From NCBI GenBank assembly GCA_977017575.1, contig CDRNVI010000067.1, forward strand, positions 124,001-188,000: a stretch of DNA of 64,000 bases, written 5' to 3'. Below the pieces are notes generated by a model that had not been told where the DNA came from, searched no databases, and saw only the letters and a list, made by a program, of their open reading frames with translations. Positions within the stretch are counted from its first letter, which is position 1; every line of letters begins with the position of its first letter. The position numbers and the translations under genes were made by a program. This DNA is from Paramoeba atlantica (lineage: Eukaryota; Protista; Discosea). Positions 21,649-32,880 of this stretch are shown here, one piece after another.

Positions 21649-23916
21649 ATGGACCAGGAGAATGTAGGACAACCCAAAGGGGAGAATGGTGAATGCTCAA
21701 CAAGGTTTACCTCCCCCGAAACGACGCTCACGTCCGCTGTGGTTGCGGCGGCGATTCGAAATGTTTCCCATTCAACACATCTTTCCCGGCTGCTTCGTGT
21801 TCTCCCCCCGTCGCTTCGCTCGAAACCTCAAATCTTTCTCGCGCTCTCGGAGCGAAGTACGAACCCGGATGCTATACTCCGTGCGCTGCGGGAGTTAAGA
21901 GAAGCAGGCGAGAGCCCCCCGCCAGACTCGATTCCACGAATTTTGAATAAACTCCCGCCTAACTTATGGAGAGAGGCCGTGGAGGTAGTAAGGACAGCTT
22001 TGAGAAGAAGCGAGGCAAATGCACCGTCCTCTTCTTCGATTCCTTCCACTCTTCCATCCAATTGTTTTTTTCCCAACACTCCGCTTTCATTGGAATGTTT
22101 TGTAGTGTTACTGCGGCTAGCCGCTCGTGCAGGAGCGCTTTCTTTTGTAGAGAATCTCGGGAAGGATCTTTCTTTTGTCAACGGCACGGCTTCTTTATCC
22201 AGAAGTGAGCCAGAGGCTATACAGTTTCCCGAAGCATTCTTCTCTGATGCCACTCGAAGCTCCATTCGCACTTCCTTATGTGTGGCGAAGTTTACCCAAA
22301 AAGGATTAGCTCCGGAACGGAGTCCTACCCGACTGAACGTACGACGAATGGAGAAACACCGAGAGATGCGAGAAAAAGTCAATGCGGTGCTATCGCGAAA
22401 CAAAACAACAGAAAGTAGCGCATCTCAAAGTACGGAAAATATGAATTCAAGAACAGACACCACTTTTTCTTCTCTTCCGAAAAAAGAGGAGAATACGAAT
22501 GAATTTACAGCGTCTGATGTAGAATCAGAATTTGAAACTGAACTCGCTCGAGCTCAAGAAAACGCCTCGCAAACCGTGGAGCAGCGTTACGATGCGGAGC
22601 GTCGTGAAGCCCAACGTATCCACCCTGCAGTTTCGGAACTCCAACAAATGGATCGGGAACACATCCCGCTGGACCCCTCTGGTCCGCATCAAATCATCCA
22701 GGCCCTGAGGGAGCAAGGGGACTGGCCGACGGGACTCTATCTCGTCGAGACCCGAGCGGAATTTCGTAACTCGCGCCAAGCGATTCAAGGCGTAATCCAG
22801 TCCATGGCCCGGGAGCATCAGGCCACCGCATTGATCGATTTCACGGAAATTTTACAGCGTGAAGAGGCAGGCGGAGAAAAAGAGGCAATAAATGAGGAAG
22901 AAAACGCAGGAAGAGGAGGAAAACTTGAAAAGCAGGATAAAAGCAAAGGAAACGCCCCCCCTCCTCTCCGTCGTAGTCTTGCCCTTGTGTGCTCCATGTT
23001 GCATGCACATTTAATGTGTAGTAATCTTCACGCCGCCTACGATATCTATTTTGAGTATATCCGACCCTTACTGTGTGCTTCCAATCAAGTTCAACCCGAA
23101 ATCCGGGGGTGCTCAGCAACAGAGGAGGAAGCCGTAATGAATAGCAACTCGCCTCAACAAATCTTTCCCTCCAATTGGATGTGTTTCGGTCTCAGTCTCG
23201 CGGCCACCATTTTAATGAAGCAACACACCCAGGCGTTGGATATTGCCCATCACATTGCCCGTGTCGCTCTCCCTGCGGTCATCGAGGAGGCAAAAAAAGC
23301 AAACGAACAAATTAACACAGAAAAAGGAAAAAGGGAAGGGCCGGATACGGAGAGCAGTCCCAACAAAAACGAAAATCCTCCGATTTCTTCTTCCAAACAA
23401 AACGTTACGCCTTCAAAAACCTTACCCGAAGAAGAGAATTTAGATTCCATCGACGGGACAACAATCGGAAACCAATACCTCCCAGGAGAAGCAGCGGAAG
23501 AAGAAGATTCTTCCTCCCTATCTTCACCTTCCCTATCTCCTGGATCCTATCCTAAAAAAGACGTGACCACGAGTGCCTTACTCGAGCGCTGTGGTCTCCC
23601 CGATGTTTTGCTCTTCCCGGGCTCTGAGGAGAACGCTTTAAGGGACTCTTCTTCCCCTTCGAGGGCCTCTGCTCTCTCCCCCGAGCGGTTTCTGCATAAC
23701 CTCTGCGCCACCTTCGCGCGTCACGTCCACCGGGACTGGATGAAGGCGCTGCGGGAGCTCGAGAGCGTGTTCCGGGAGGCGGGGCTGCGGATCCCGGACA
23801 GCGCCCGCGCCACGTTCCTGCAGATCAGCGCCAGCTTCTCCAACGAGTCCTACCATCAGAAGAATATCTTGGATCGGTTTCTGCAAGAGGAAACCGAGGG
23901 GAGAGAGAAAAGATGA
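21649..23916 (+). CDS. N-terminally truncated copy 3 of the PPR-like gene (755 aa)
   Basis: As copy 2, with private SNPs (e.g. TPSKT vs TPSTT). Confidence 0.7.
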   Translation: MDQENVGQPKGENGECSTRFTSPETTLTSAVVAAAIRNVSHSTHLSRLLRVLPPSLRSKPQIFLALSERSTNPDAILRALRELREAGESPPPDSIPRILNKLPPNLWREAVEVVRTALRRSEANAPSSSSIPSTLPSNCFFPNTPLSLECFVVLLRLAARAGALSFVENLGKDLSFVNGTASLSRSEPEAIQFPEAFFSDATRSSIRTSLCVAKFTQKGLAPERSPTRLNVRRMEKHREMREKVNAVLSRNKTTESSASQSTENMNSRTDTTFSSLPKKEENTNEFTASDVESEFETELARAQENASQTVEQRYDAERREAQRIHPAVSELQQMDREHIPLDPSGPHQIIQALREQGDWPTGLYLVETRAEFRNSRQAIQGVIQSMAREHQATALIDFTEILQREEAGGEKEAINEEENAGRGGKLEKQDKSKGNAPPPLRRSLALVCSMLHAHLMCSNLHAAYDIYFEYIRPLLCASNQVQPEIRGCSATEEEAVMNSNSPQQIFPSNWMCFGLSLAATILMKQHTQALDIAHHIARVALPAVIEEAKKANEQINTEKGKREGPDTESSPNKNENPPISSSKQNVTPSKTLPEEENLDSIDGTTIGNQYLPGEAAEEEDSSSLSSPSLSPGSYPKKDVTTSALLERCGLPDVLLFPGSEENALRDSSSPSRASALSPERFLHNLCATFARHVHRDWMKALRELESVFREAGLRIPDSARATFLQISASFSNESYHQKNILDRFLQEETEGREKR

Positions 23917-24225
23917 AGAAAAAGGGGAGGGCGTCTAAAAAATAAGAAGTCATAATTTTTTTTAGTATAAAGGTTGTAAAAAAAATCGGTAGTGTTTCCT
24001 CATGAAAAAGAAAACGCGGACTTTGGTAAACGAAAAGCTCTTGCGCGAAATGAAATGTACGCGACAATCGGGAGGTATACTTGTGTAGCTACTGTATCAT
24101 GTGGTACGTACAAAGGTGAAGCCTATTCTTTTAGTATTGATAGTTGGCTTTTTTTGCAAGACTTAGATAGCCACATACAGAGACACCTTTTGTTTATTCC
24201 GATTTCTTTTTGCCACCTGACAAAA

Positions 24226-24948
24226 ATGTTTGAGTTCTGTGCATTAGCCTGTGCATTACGTGCAGCTGAGGAACAATCTATAAGTCGTCCTTGTGCAGCG
24301 AAGGTGAGCTCTATTACCGTGCCGCAAGAGTACGATTTAATAAGACTTATTCAAAATATGCAGGAAAGACCCCCTAGCTGGAACACCGACACACCTGCAT
24401 GCGAGTGGGAAGGCGTTGAATGCGACGAGAAGAATCAAGTTAAAGAATTCAGTTGGTGTTTTGAAAACCTAGGATTCTTAGTTTGGAAATATTTGCCACA
24501 GAGTTAAGTTTCTTTTCGCATGCAACATGGCCATCTTCGCGGTGAACTTCCCTTGGAAGTGTTTCCTCCGAACCTAACGCAAATATATTTGTATGCGAAT
24601 CAGTTAACCGGTCATCTTGACTTGCTCCAGCTCCCACCCATACTGGAGGTCTTGGATGTCGAAAAAAATCATTTCCATGGCACCGTCGATTTCTCATCAC
24701 TTCCGACAACTTTGGAGGAACTAAAGCTGTCGAGCAACAGCGAACTCGAAGGTGCGTTTGATGTGGATATGCACAGCCCTGATTTGTATTACGACTTTCT
24801 GCAAACAAACATTACAGTCTCGGACGGATGTCGAATTCGAGAGCTCTACTTTGATGTGGATGAAGATGACGTTGATGAGTATGAAGATGAGGACGTTGAT
24901 GAGGATGAAGATGAAGAGGACATGCATGTACATGATGATTTGGATTAG
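24226..24948 (+). pseudogene. LRR gene with internal TAA (copy 3)
   Basis: Identical to 13323-14045. Confidence 0.85.
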
Positions 24949-25523
24949 TCCTGTACGTACTTGATGTGTGCAATTAGATTGATTGTTCAATTGTATTCGA
25001 TTGATTGGCTGTGTAAATTGGAGGGGCGGGGGCCTTGTTTACTGTTAGATAAATGATTACTGTTAGATAAATGATACTGTTAGAGAAATGATTAGAAAAA
25101 TACTAATACTTCTCCGAATTTTCCTGTTAAAAGTTGATATTTGAGGGGCTGCGGGTGGCGTCCCGAGAAACCGCGGTATACGATCGGCCCCCCGAGGCCT
25201 GGTCCGATAGTAATGTATACCTAAAAAATCTTTGATTTTAGTATTCACGTATTCATGTAGTATAGTATTTAGTAGTATTTACGTATTCGCGTATAGTATT
25301 CACGGGGTTTTCAACATTTTTCCCGCCTCTATCACCAAAAACTTGGAACAAGTAATTTATGCGCTCTAAAGAATGCCAACCATCATCAAGGAATCACATG
25401 AAGCGTTTTTTGCGCTTTCATTCTTTTTGGCAACCTATGGAGACACGCGAATACAGCTGAATGTAGCAGCTGAATGAACCATTTAAAAAAGCCTCTTGAT
25501 GGTAGGTTTTTGAATTTCGTGTA

Positions 25524-25779
25524 CTATGCCCCCCTGCTTATAAGTTCCCCCTACTCAGGTACGCTTATGAGTTCCTTTTTCTGGTGAATGCTTTTGTACC
25601 CACATTTTGCGAAGCCTTTTTTTACATGTGACAAAATGTCATAAATTTCTACTCTACGTCAGCCTGCTCTACAGGTTCGTTCACTGAGCGGATATTTGTT
25701 TTGGATCCAGTTATCATCTGGTATGCTTAAGAGTTCCTTTTTCTCAAAACCGGGGAACTCATAAGCAGGGGGGGTATAG
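25524..25779. mobile_element. 256-bp MITE (copy 3)
   Basis: Part of the tandem unit. Confidence 0.85.
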
Positions 25780-25982
25780 TATTTTGTTTTATTATTTTTA
25801 CCCTTGCTTTCGTAAGCAGACCGATTTTTTTTTCATCACGCTTTTTTTCAGAATACTTTTTTTTATTTTTCTTAAAAGAAATTGCGCAAAAAAAAGCGGC
25901 AGATAACTAGGTACAGTAGTTCCCTTGACCGAGCAATTTATTCAACACCTCTTCCAATTTCTTTACAGCGTTTCAAAGTTCA

Positions 25983-26606
25983 ATGACTTACTCCTTTTTA
26001 ATGATATGTCCGCTACGTGCATCGGATGTACACTCTTCAACGCATCCCCGGGCAGCGAAAATAAGGTCTGTTTCCGTACCGCAAGAATACAATTTGGCAA
26101 GACTTGTTGAAAGCGCAGATAAAAAGCATCGTACCTGGGACACCAACACACCTGTCTGTGAGTGGTATGGCATTGAATGTTGTGAGAAGAAACGAGTTAA
26201 AGCAATAAGCTGGCGTTTTGCAGATTTAGGATCGTTAAATTGGAAATATTTGCCGCCAAATTTAGAGTCTCTAGAGGTGATGAAAGCCCATCTTCGTGGT
26301 GAACTTCCACTAGAGATGTTTCCCCCATCTCTCGTATACATTTATCTGTATTACAATAAGTTAACAGGTAATCTCGTCCTTTTGCGACTTCCACCTTCAT
26401 TGGAGGTTTTTGACGTTCAAAGCAATCAGTTTTTTGGCATCGTAGATTTTTCGTTACTTCCAACAGGTTTGTCCGAGCTGACGCTGTCTTGGAACAGTGA
26501 CCTCAAAGGTGCGTTCGATGTGGGAATGTGCAGTCCGAGTTTGAGCTACGACGTTCGGCGTACAAACATCACGGTATCGAATGGATGTTTATTTCGAGAG
26601 GTCTAG
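25983..26606 (+). CDS. LRR-family protein 207 aa (copy 3)
   Basis: One amino-acid change (SPSL vs SPNL). Confidence 0.85.
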   Translation: MTYSFLMICPLRASDVHSSTHPRAAKIRSVSVPQEYNLARLVESADKKHRTWDTNTPVCEWYGIECCEKKRVKAISWRFADLGSLNWKYLPPNLESLEVMKAHLRGELPLEMFPPSLVYIYLYYNKLTGNLVLLRLPPSLEVFDVQSNQFFGIVDFSLLPTGLSELTLSWNSDLKGAFDVGMCSPSLSYDVRRTNITVSNGCLFREV

Positions 26607-26889
26607 CGTGATGAGGATGATGAGTGCAATGATGAGGATTCTTTCGAAAATGATTTTTTTCAGAATTCCGCCTCGCTTGTCGTTTGGCTTGTCGTTTGGC
26701 CGTATTAATTCGACGAGTGTAAAATGGGCATAAAATGTGAAAGAAATTCTGGGTCAAGATGGGTGAGAATGCACCAAAATAGGGTAAAATAATTTTTTTT
26801 TGGTTTCTCTGTTTCGTTTGAAAGAAACGTTGGGCATATGTTACAGGCTTTAAAAAAGTATTTTTGACTCATTTTATTCATCTGGCATG

Positions 26890-27180
26890 CGTTTTACTTT
26901 AATTGAGAGGGGGGGGTATATAATGCTTCTGTTCTGAAATTCGCCCCCCCCGCCCTGATCAGTTCCACAGCGCTCTTTCGGGCCGACATGGGGGCTGCGT
27001 TGGCCTGGCAAGGTATGTGGGCGGATATTTCTGACCATTCTAAATGGGCCCGCATCCGGAGCTCTCTGACCAATTGTTGTTGAGACTGCCAACAGTAGGT
27101 TCCATATGATGTCTATTTTGTCTTCCGCTGATTTGCTGAGAAAATTGTCACATACGCTCGCCGCGTGGATTGGCACCGCG
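26890..27180 (-). pseudogene. Probable Tc1/mariner transposase C-terminal remnant containing the amplification breakpoint
   Basis: One minus frame reads LVRELRMRAHLEWSEIS...PMSARKSAVELIRAGGANF, resembling the Tc1 C-terminus (EL...W..I...SM..R..VI.A.GG). Confidence 0.5.
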
Positions 27181-27339
27181 TAGAGTATATTGCACCGCGC
27201 AGAGTTTCAGGTGGAAACACACCTGAAACCTCCTTACCCGGGAGCACCGCCAGGGAGTACCCCCAGGTTGGGGCGGTTCGGCTTCGAGATCAGCACGTCG
27301 ACTATCGGGTTGCCCCCCCCCTCGTTACTCCATTATCAT

Positions 27340-28018
27340 AAGGGAGCGAAGGGGCAAGAACTCATACATGTAGTTTGAAGCACATGGTACTCAGAGGGCG
27401 AGTTCGAGACCAGCTCATCGCATGCCGTATACCCCCCAGTAAGAGAATGAGTTTTGGGTCGAAATGGCAAAATCTTTTTTACTGGGGGGTATACTTTTTT
27501 GGACAGTTTCCTCTTTTCTCGCAACTTTTTCTGCCATTTTTTCTATTCTTCCTTCTGAAAATGTGTTAAAACGCTTATTTGGGTTACCCCCGAGGCCCTC
27601 AACATGCAGACACCCACCCCCTACCCACTATACGCCTCCTGTGGGGATCCCGAGCCAAATCTCTCTTACTCGGGGTCAGCCCAAAAAGGGCCAAAACTCT
27701 CTTACTGGGGGGGTACTCTCTCTTACTGGGAGGTTATACGGTAATAGGCTGGGCTGAGAACTGACTAGGCCCAGTACTCGGAGGATCGACCCGGACCTTC
27801 CCCCAAGGAACCAGCTCCCTTACCCGGCTTACACGTCTTGGGTGAGTCGTGTTGGCGTACAATTCGTCGACGCATCGTGTTGGTAGCAACACGTTGGTGC
27901 CGCCTTGGACAAGCGGAAACTGGTAGAGGACGTCGTCCTCTGAACTTGCGGATCTGTCTGAAGGGTCTGGCTTGCCAGTGACCGTCCGCAGCAATCCGGA
28001 ATGATTTGCACTTTTTTT
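27340..28018 (+). mobile_element. tRNA-headed Pol III-like SINE/ncRNA (family C), interrupted by a MITE
   Basis: Head agcgaaggggcaag...gagttcgagacc (A/B-box-like), then a structured body. Homology with 32881-33261 ends at a T7 run. Confidence 0.65.
27425..27741. mobile_element. pogo/Tc1-type MITE (ccgtata..cccagtaagag TIRs)
   Basis: ccgtataccccccagtaagag / ctcttactgggaggttatacgg|TA. Absent from the paralogous family C copy at 33170-33185. Confidence 0.75.
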
Positions 28019-28420
28019 GGATCGGTCAAACCGTTTCCCAAGGGATTGAAGCTAGTCGGGTCTGCTTTGTCCATAACTTTTAAATAAATAATTCATCATG
28101 TGGTTGGTAAGCGCCCCACTCATCAGTTACCACGACTGAGTTTCGATCACTGATCGAACGAAATCATGAAGAATGCGAGGAAGTAAAATGATTACTATCC
28201 ACCCTACATAATTGTCTCCCCCCCCTACATATTTGTCAGTCGGAGAAAACAGGCGTCGGGAAGCGGCGCCGATTTTGTTTTCGCGATTTCCTTCAAACAA
28301 TTTTTAGCTTATTGCCTATAGCAGCAGCGCTGCTACCGTAGCGTCAAGTGTACATGTCCTACAGTACACAACATCCTAAACTTTGCACACGTATTTTTCT
28401 TCTGTATATCACACCCGTTC

Positions 28421-29200
28421 ATGCAAGCCCTCCCTACCGTAGATTCCCACGCCACCTCCACACGTCTGGGTAAACCCAGTGCGGCGTTACCGCAAGAATA
28501 TCAACTCGCGGAGTTCATCCAAGAGATTGAGAACCCGGAGCCGAGTTGGACCACAGACACCGCAGCCTGCGAGTGGGCTCGTGTCTCATGCGCAGAGGAC
28601 GGGGTCGTTACGTCGATCTTTTGGGGTAGTTGTGGGACCCATTCCGCACTTCGCGGTACGCTTCACTGGAAGGCTCTCCCCTCCACGCTCACCAACCTAC
28701 GCTTGAGTGACAATGATCTACTCGGAGGGGTGAGTTTTGAGGAGCTCCCCAGGGAACTCACATTCTTCTCCATTCACGCCAATCGGTTTGTGGGTACCAT
28801 TGAATTGTCGGAGATGTCCGCTTTGTTGTTGCACGTCGATGTTTCGTATAACAAATTGGAAGGAGGACTGGATTTGACGTGTTTGCCATGGAAGATGGAT
28901 ACCTTTCTCGCGAATTCAAACTCGTTTACAGGAAATTTGCTCCTTACGTCGCTTCCGCGTACAATAAATACGTTGTCTTTGTGTGATAATGATTTTGAAG
29001 GTACTGTCGATCTTGACCACTTGCCTTCAGATTTGTTCCAGCTTGATCTTTCGAATAATCCGAGATTGACTGGGACATATCACACGAAGCTAATGCCGAA
29101 GCGGATGCGGGATAAGACGCGCTCGTTTCTCTTTTTCTCTGCGTACGAAGTAAACGAAAACCTTGATATTTCTGAAACGGAAATTTTAAAGAGAAGATGA
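28421..29200 (+). CDS. LRR-family protein, 259 aa
   Basis: TRLGKPSAALPQEYQL cap, ACEWARVSC and about five LxxLxLxxN repeats. Confidence 0.92.
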   Translation: MQALPTVDSHATSTRLGKPSAALPQEYQLAEFIQEIENPEPSWTTDTAACEWARVSCAEDGVVTSIFWGSCGTHSALRGTLHWKALPSTLTNLRLSDNDLLGGVSFEELPRELTFFSIHANRFVGTIELSEMSALLLHVDVSYNKLEGGLDLTCLPWKMDTFLANSNSFTGNLLLTSLPRTINTLSLCDNDFEGTVDLDHLPSDLFQLDLSNNPRLTGTYHTKLMPKRMRDKTRSFLFFSAYEVNENLDISETEILKRR

Positions 29201-29499
29201 TCATTATAAATTTGCTTCATTAAGCATACAATGTGTATTTTCGCAGTAATTTGTATTCTTCGCCTTCTCTTTGTCGAAATTATGATCAAAATAAGCCTTC
29301 GGCAACACCTTTTAGGCATTTTGAGTGTCCAATCCCACTTGTTCATAGCGACATGTTCTGAAACCACGACATTCTCGCCGTACGATTTATTTTTTAGGAG
29401 CATTGTTAAATATTCTCATGGCATCCTACTTTTCAACGCAAAGCGCGCAGCACGAGTCCTTCTAAGCAGCACGAGCCTTCTAAGCTGAAAACAGCCACA

Positions 29500-30052
29500 G
29501 CGCTTAACGTAGCGACCAATCATTATTTCTATTGTATCTTAAACAGTACACAATTTCTTGTTTCACCTCCCTCCACCATGGCCGACCAATGCCTCGACCC
29601 GTGAAGTCTGGATCAGTTCCACAATTCTTGACATGTTGCGTCAACACTGCAGCTGCAACTTTTTCAAGAAGGCTCCAGACTATTGGAACCACTGCTCTTT
29701 CAAAGAGCCTTGCCCCCCTTTCTAGAAGCTTTTCAAAGCAGTCACATTCTCCTTTCTCAATGAGAGTCGAGGCAATTCGCTCTCACACTTCTGGAGCTTG
29801 AACATCGATGTCATCGATCTTCAAATACATTGTATGTACTCACTTCATGGGTTGCACTGAATTGAAGAAAACTTTCGACAAAACTGGGTTAGCGAAACCA
29901 TAGCGAAAGCGTTTATATGCTTTTTCTTTCACGTCATCGGAACACGTTTCATGAAAGACTTGATATTCTTCCATCATTTGTATTACGATGGATTTGTCGA
30001 TCGCGTGGTATTCCGTAACTAATTGACGGAGACGAGCATCTACGTTAGCCAT
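29500..30052 (-). pseudogene. Degraded unknown coding sequence, probably transposon-derived
   Basis: Two protein-like minus ORFs are separated by stops. A MITE-type right end lies at 30520-30592. Confidence 0.3.
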
Positions 30053-30519
30053 CGCACTATTTCTCTCCCCATTAAATCCCTTTTCTCGGACGCGTTTACT
30101 CCCCCCCCCCCGATTTAGTCGATCCTAAAACGTTGAGGCTACTACTCGACGAATACGTCGCACCGCCTGTACTGTGCAACCATACTTCTTGGACAATGTA
30201 GAGCAGGACTCTCTTGAACGGTATATGTTAAGTTCGTCTTGGTTGCTTAATTTTTTAGGAGGACAACGCACCTGATTGTTCTATGGTTGAGGAGAATCGG
30301 GCGTTTCTTTGGGGACAATCGGAGACGATGAATTGCGCAAGGGCGAAGCAACCTCTCCAAGGCGAGGAACTGGGGCCATGAATTTTACCCACTTGTGAGC
30401 GATCCAGAGCAGGCTGACATAGAGTAGTTTAGAAATTTATGAAAATTTGTAAAGTGCCAAAAAAATGATTTTTTTTAGGGACCTCTGAAAAAATCGCTGA
30501 AAAAAAGGAGCGTACCAGA

Positions 30520-30592
30520 ATAAGCGTAACAGAATTGGGGAAACTCATAAGCGTACCAGAATTGGGGAAACTCATAAGCAGGGGGGGTATAG
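30520..30592. mobile_element. Right end of the 14621-type MITE family
   Basis: ggggaaactcataagcagggggggtatag|TA, preceded by gcgtaccagaat repeats. Confidence 0.7.
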
Positions 30593-30644
30593 TATACGTA
30601 TTGTATATTTAAAGCTGTAATGTTCTTTTCTTCTGAAATATTTC

Positions 30645-31430
30645 ATGAAACCAATTTCCGCTTTTCTTCTTCACGACACACTTGCCACTACCCAACGTTT
30701 AGGTAAAGCGAGAGTGTCCTTACCGCAAGAAGAGATACTTTCCGAATTTGTACATGACATCGAAAACCCAGCAGCCTCATGGAATCGAAACACACCTGCG
30801 TGTAAATGGAATGACGTGCAGTGCTCTCAAAATGGAGATATCCGTAGTATTGTTATGGGATTTCGAGGCCTTCGTGGTTCTCTACGCTGGAAATACTTGC
30901 CAAGTACGCTATCTACTCTACAAGTTTCAAACAACGAGCTTTCAGGTCCTGTCTCGGTTGAATATTTTCCGTCACAGCTGGAATGGGTAGATATCCATAT
31001 GAATCATTTTATGGGAGGCATAAATCTATCGGAAATACCAGGATCGCTCCAAGCAATGGTTCTTTCGCAGAACGAGCTAGAAGGAGCACTTGACTTAAGT
31101 TCTCTGAATCCAGGATTCGTGTCTCTCGTGGCGCATTCAAACTTCTTTTTTGGCCAGCTAAATTTTTGTGAATTTCCCAGCTCTATGGACCGACTAAACT
31201 TGGCAATAAACCTTTTCAGCGGTATGATCAACTTGGATCACTTGCCCAAGGAAATGTCATTTTTAGACCTTTCTGAAAACACGAATCTCAAGAGTGAGTA
31301 CCAGGCGTCTTTGCTCCCAGTAAAATTTCGAAAAAGAACGCTTGTTATGTGGTTTACATTTCACTATGCGATTAATGAAGAGAGTTTTCGCCACGAAAAA
31401 ACTCAGATCACCTCTGCTGATGAACAGTGA
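30645..31430 (+). CDS. LRR-family protein, 261 aa
   Basis: QRLGKARVSLPQEEIL cap, PACKWNDVQC and LRR repeats; C-terminus similar to the 28421 gene. Confidence 0.92.
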   Translation: MKPISAFLLHDTLATTQRLGKARVSLPQEEILSEFVHDIENPAASWNRNTPACKWNDVQCSQNGDIRSIVMGFRGLRGSLRWKYLPSTLSTLQVSNNELSGPVSVEYFPSQLEWVDIHMNHFMGGINLSEIPGSLQAMVLSQNELEGALDLSSLNPGFVSLVAHSNFFFGQLNFCEFPSSMDRLNLAINLFSGMINLDHLPKEMSFLDLSENTNLKSEYQASLLPVKFRKRTLVMWFTFHYAINEESFRHEKTQITSADEQ

Positions 31431-31759
31431 GCAGAGAGAAAAGAAAGTTACTCATACACCAATAGTCACATCAAAAAATGAACGAGAGCGATGATATAGG
31501 ATATCTTTACGAATTGTACAGGCGGCGGTACAGGACTGGTACCGGACAGGACGGTTGTACCGTATGGGGATAGAGGACTACGGGGATCGGAGTTGAATAC
31601 CAAACAAATTACGGATCCTTTTTAATGATACCTATCCATGCCCAGAAAAATATTTTCAAACATCTTTAACAAACCTCTGGCGAAAAAAGTTGATAGTTGA
31701 TAAGCTGGCCGTTTGTCGCCGCAGTGATATGGCCTCCTAAGGAACACTCTAGTTATTTA

Positions 31760-32196
31760 GAGGGCTGAAACCAGTAAAATATGAACCCAGACAAACCCAG
31801 TCAGGTCACAAGAGAAACCAACGGCAAAGGTACTTGTCGTTTTTTCGGTTACGGAGTTCGCTGGAGAATCCGGTGGGGGGTCTAGGGGGTTCCAGGGGGA
31901 TATATGGAAGCTATAGGGGGGGGGGGGCGAAGCAGGCTCCAGGTTGGGGGTGTAGTAGAGTGCAGAAAAAAAACCAAGTATTTTGGAGCCAGGGTGTACC
32001 AGGGGGTCCCTACATAAGCAAGGCGGCAAAGCTATTCACCAGGGGAACGAGATCTACCCAATGCTGCGAAAATGAGAAAAAAACAGATATAAAAATCAAA
32101 TTTCCGCAAGGCGGGAGATATCCTGAAATCACTCTACAATATAGAAAATTAGCAAACCCAGGCAAACCCAGGCAAACCCAGGTGGTTTCAGCCCTC
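31760..32196. mobile_element. 437-bp Harbinger-like MITE (GAGGGCTGAAACC TIRs)
   Basis: 13-bp perfect TIRs, TTA/ATA flanks and ggcaaaccca 10-bp repeats. Confidence 0.8.
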
Positions 32197-32337
32197 ATAG
32201 TGCCTAAGCGAGCACCGAGAATCCTTAGGTGGTTCGGATCCAACTGGGCGCGAGGTATACTCGAGGTTCCTCAAAGTGCATCGCAGCTAACCAGTTGGAT
32301 CCGAATTTCACAGGCTTTATCTTAGTTATTTAGTATC

Positions 32338-32871
32338 TTGTCATTTTCATAGCGGGCGAACCTGCGCAAACGCACGCAAAAGAGGATACAGGACTGCACT
32401 CACCCTAGTTCTTTAGCACCTTATTATGTTGGTGTCGGCTGGTCCAGCCATCAGTTCTCCGAATCAGTCTCACCCTAGTTGTTTGACGTCTTGTTATATT
32501 GACGTCGGGCTATGTATTGACGTCGAGAGTTAGCTCGGGAAGCTGGGGCCGCTAAGCCCCATCATCCGACGTGAGTCGGACGCCAAGATTGAAATAATAC
32601 AGGCATGAGTACCGCCTGTTTGCTGGGATAGTTCGACGGTGTCGAGTCTCAGCTTCAACGGACCAAGACTTCTTGGGTGTTATACCCTCGAGCGGACTTG
32701 GCTCCTCAGCTTCAACAGACAACAGGCTTAGCCAACATATTCCAGACCTCTTCGAAACGATACAAAGTCGCTGGATTCATCCATTTTCGAACTTCGTCAG
32801 GATCTATTCGGGGAATGTCATGCTTTATACGCAATGATCAAAAGTTTCGAAGAGAAGTCAACAAGGTACAG
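32338..32871 (-). mobile_element. SL-headed retroposon relative, copy E (different body)
   Basis: Minus strand starts CTGTACCTTGTTG (SL nt 27-39) and ends tcgcccgctatgaaaatga, matching the 3' end of copies A/B. Many short hairpins. Confidence 0.55.
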
Positions 32872-32880
32872 GCCAAATGC

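Larger units (their letters stand above)
10653..27010 (+). repeat. Three near-identical tandem units of 5452/5451/5451 bp
   Basis: Units start at 10653, 16105 and 21556; every junction shares GGCA. A few SNPs and one G-run length change distinguish the copies. Confidence 0.97.

Noticed and set aside
10510-26757. Numerous short minus-strand and alternate-frame ORFs within the tandem units
   Set aside because: Antisense or overlapping shadows of real CDSs, repeated only because the DNA is triplicated.
27750-27940. 7SL/SRP RNA
   Set aside because: Words like cccagtactcggaggatcg and a GGAAAC loop resemble SRP, but the conserved helix-8 AGG/AGCAG internal loop is missing.
28100-28170. Hammerhead ribozyme (CGAAAC and CTGATGAG on the minus strand)
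   Set aside because: Only 14 nt separate the motifs, too few for stems III and I, and stem II cannot form.
28195-30592. A MITE-bounded element capturing the 28421 LRR gene
   Set aside because: The candidate left end (ctatccaccctacata) matches the 30592 right end only loosely, so they probably belong to different elements.
32700-32870. TATE/DIRS-like protein fragment (RIDPDEVRKWMNPATLYRFEEVWNML, minus strand)
   Set aside because: The resemblance is from memory only; the frame is ~40 aa between stops and overlaps a long RNA stem of copy E. It needs a TBLASTN/HMM search before any claim.
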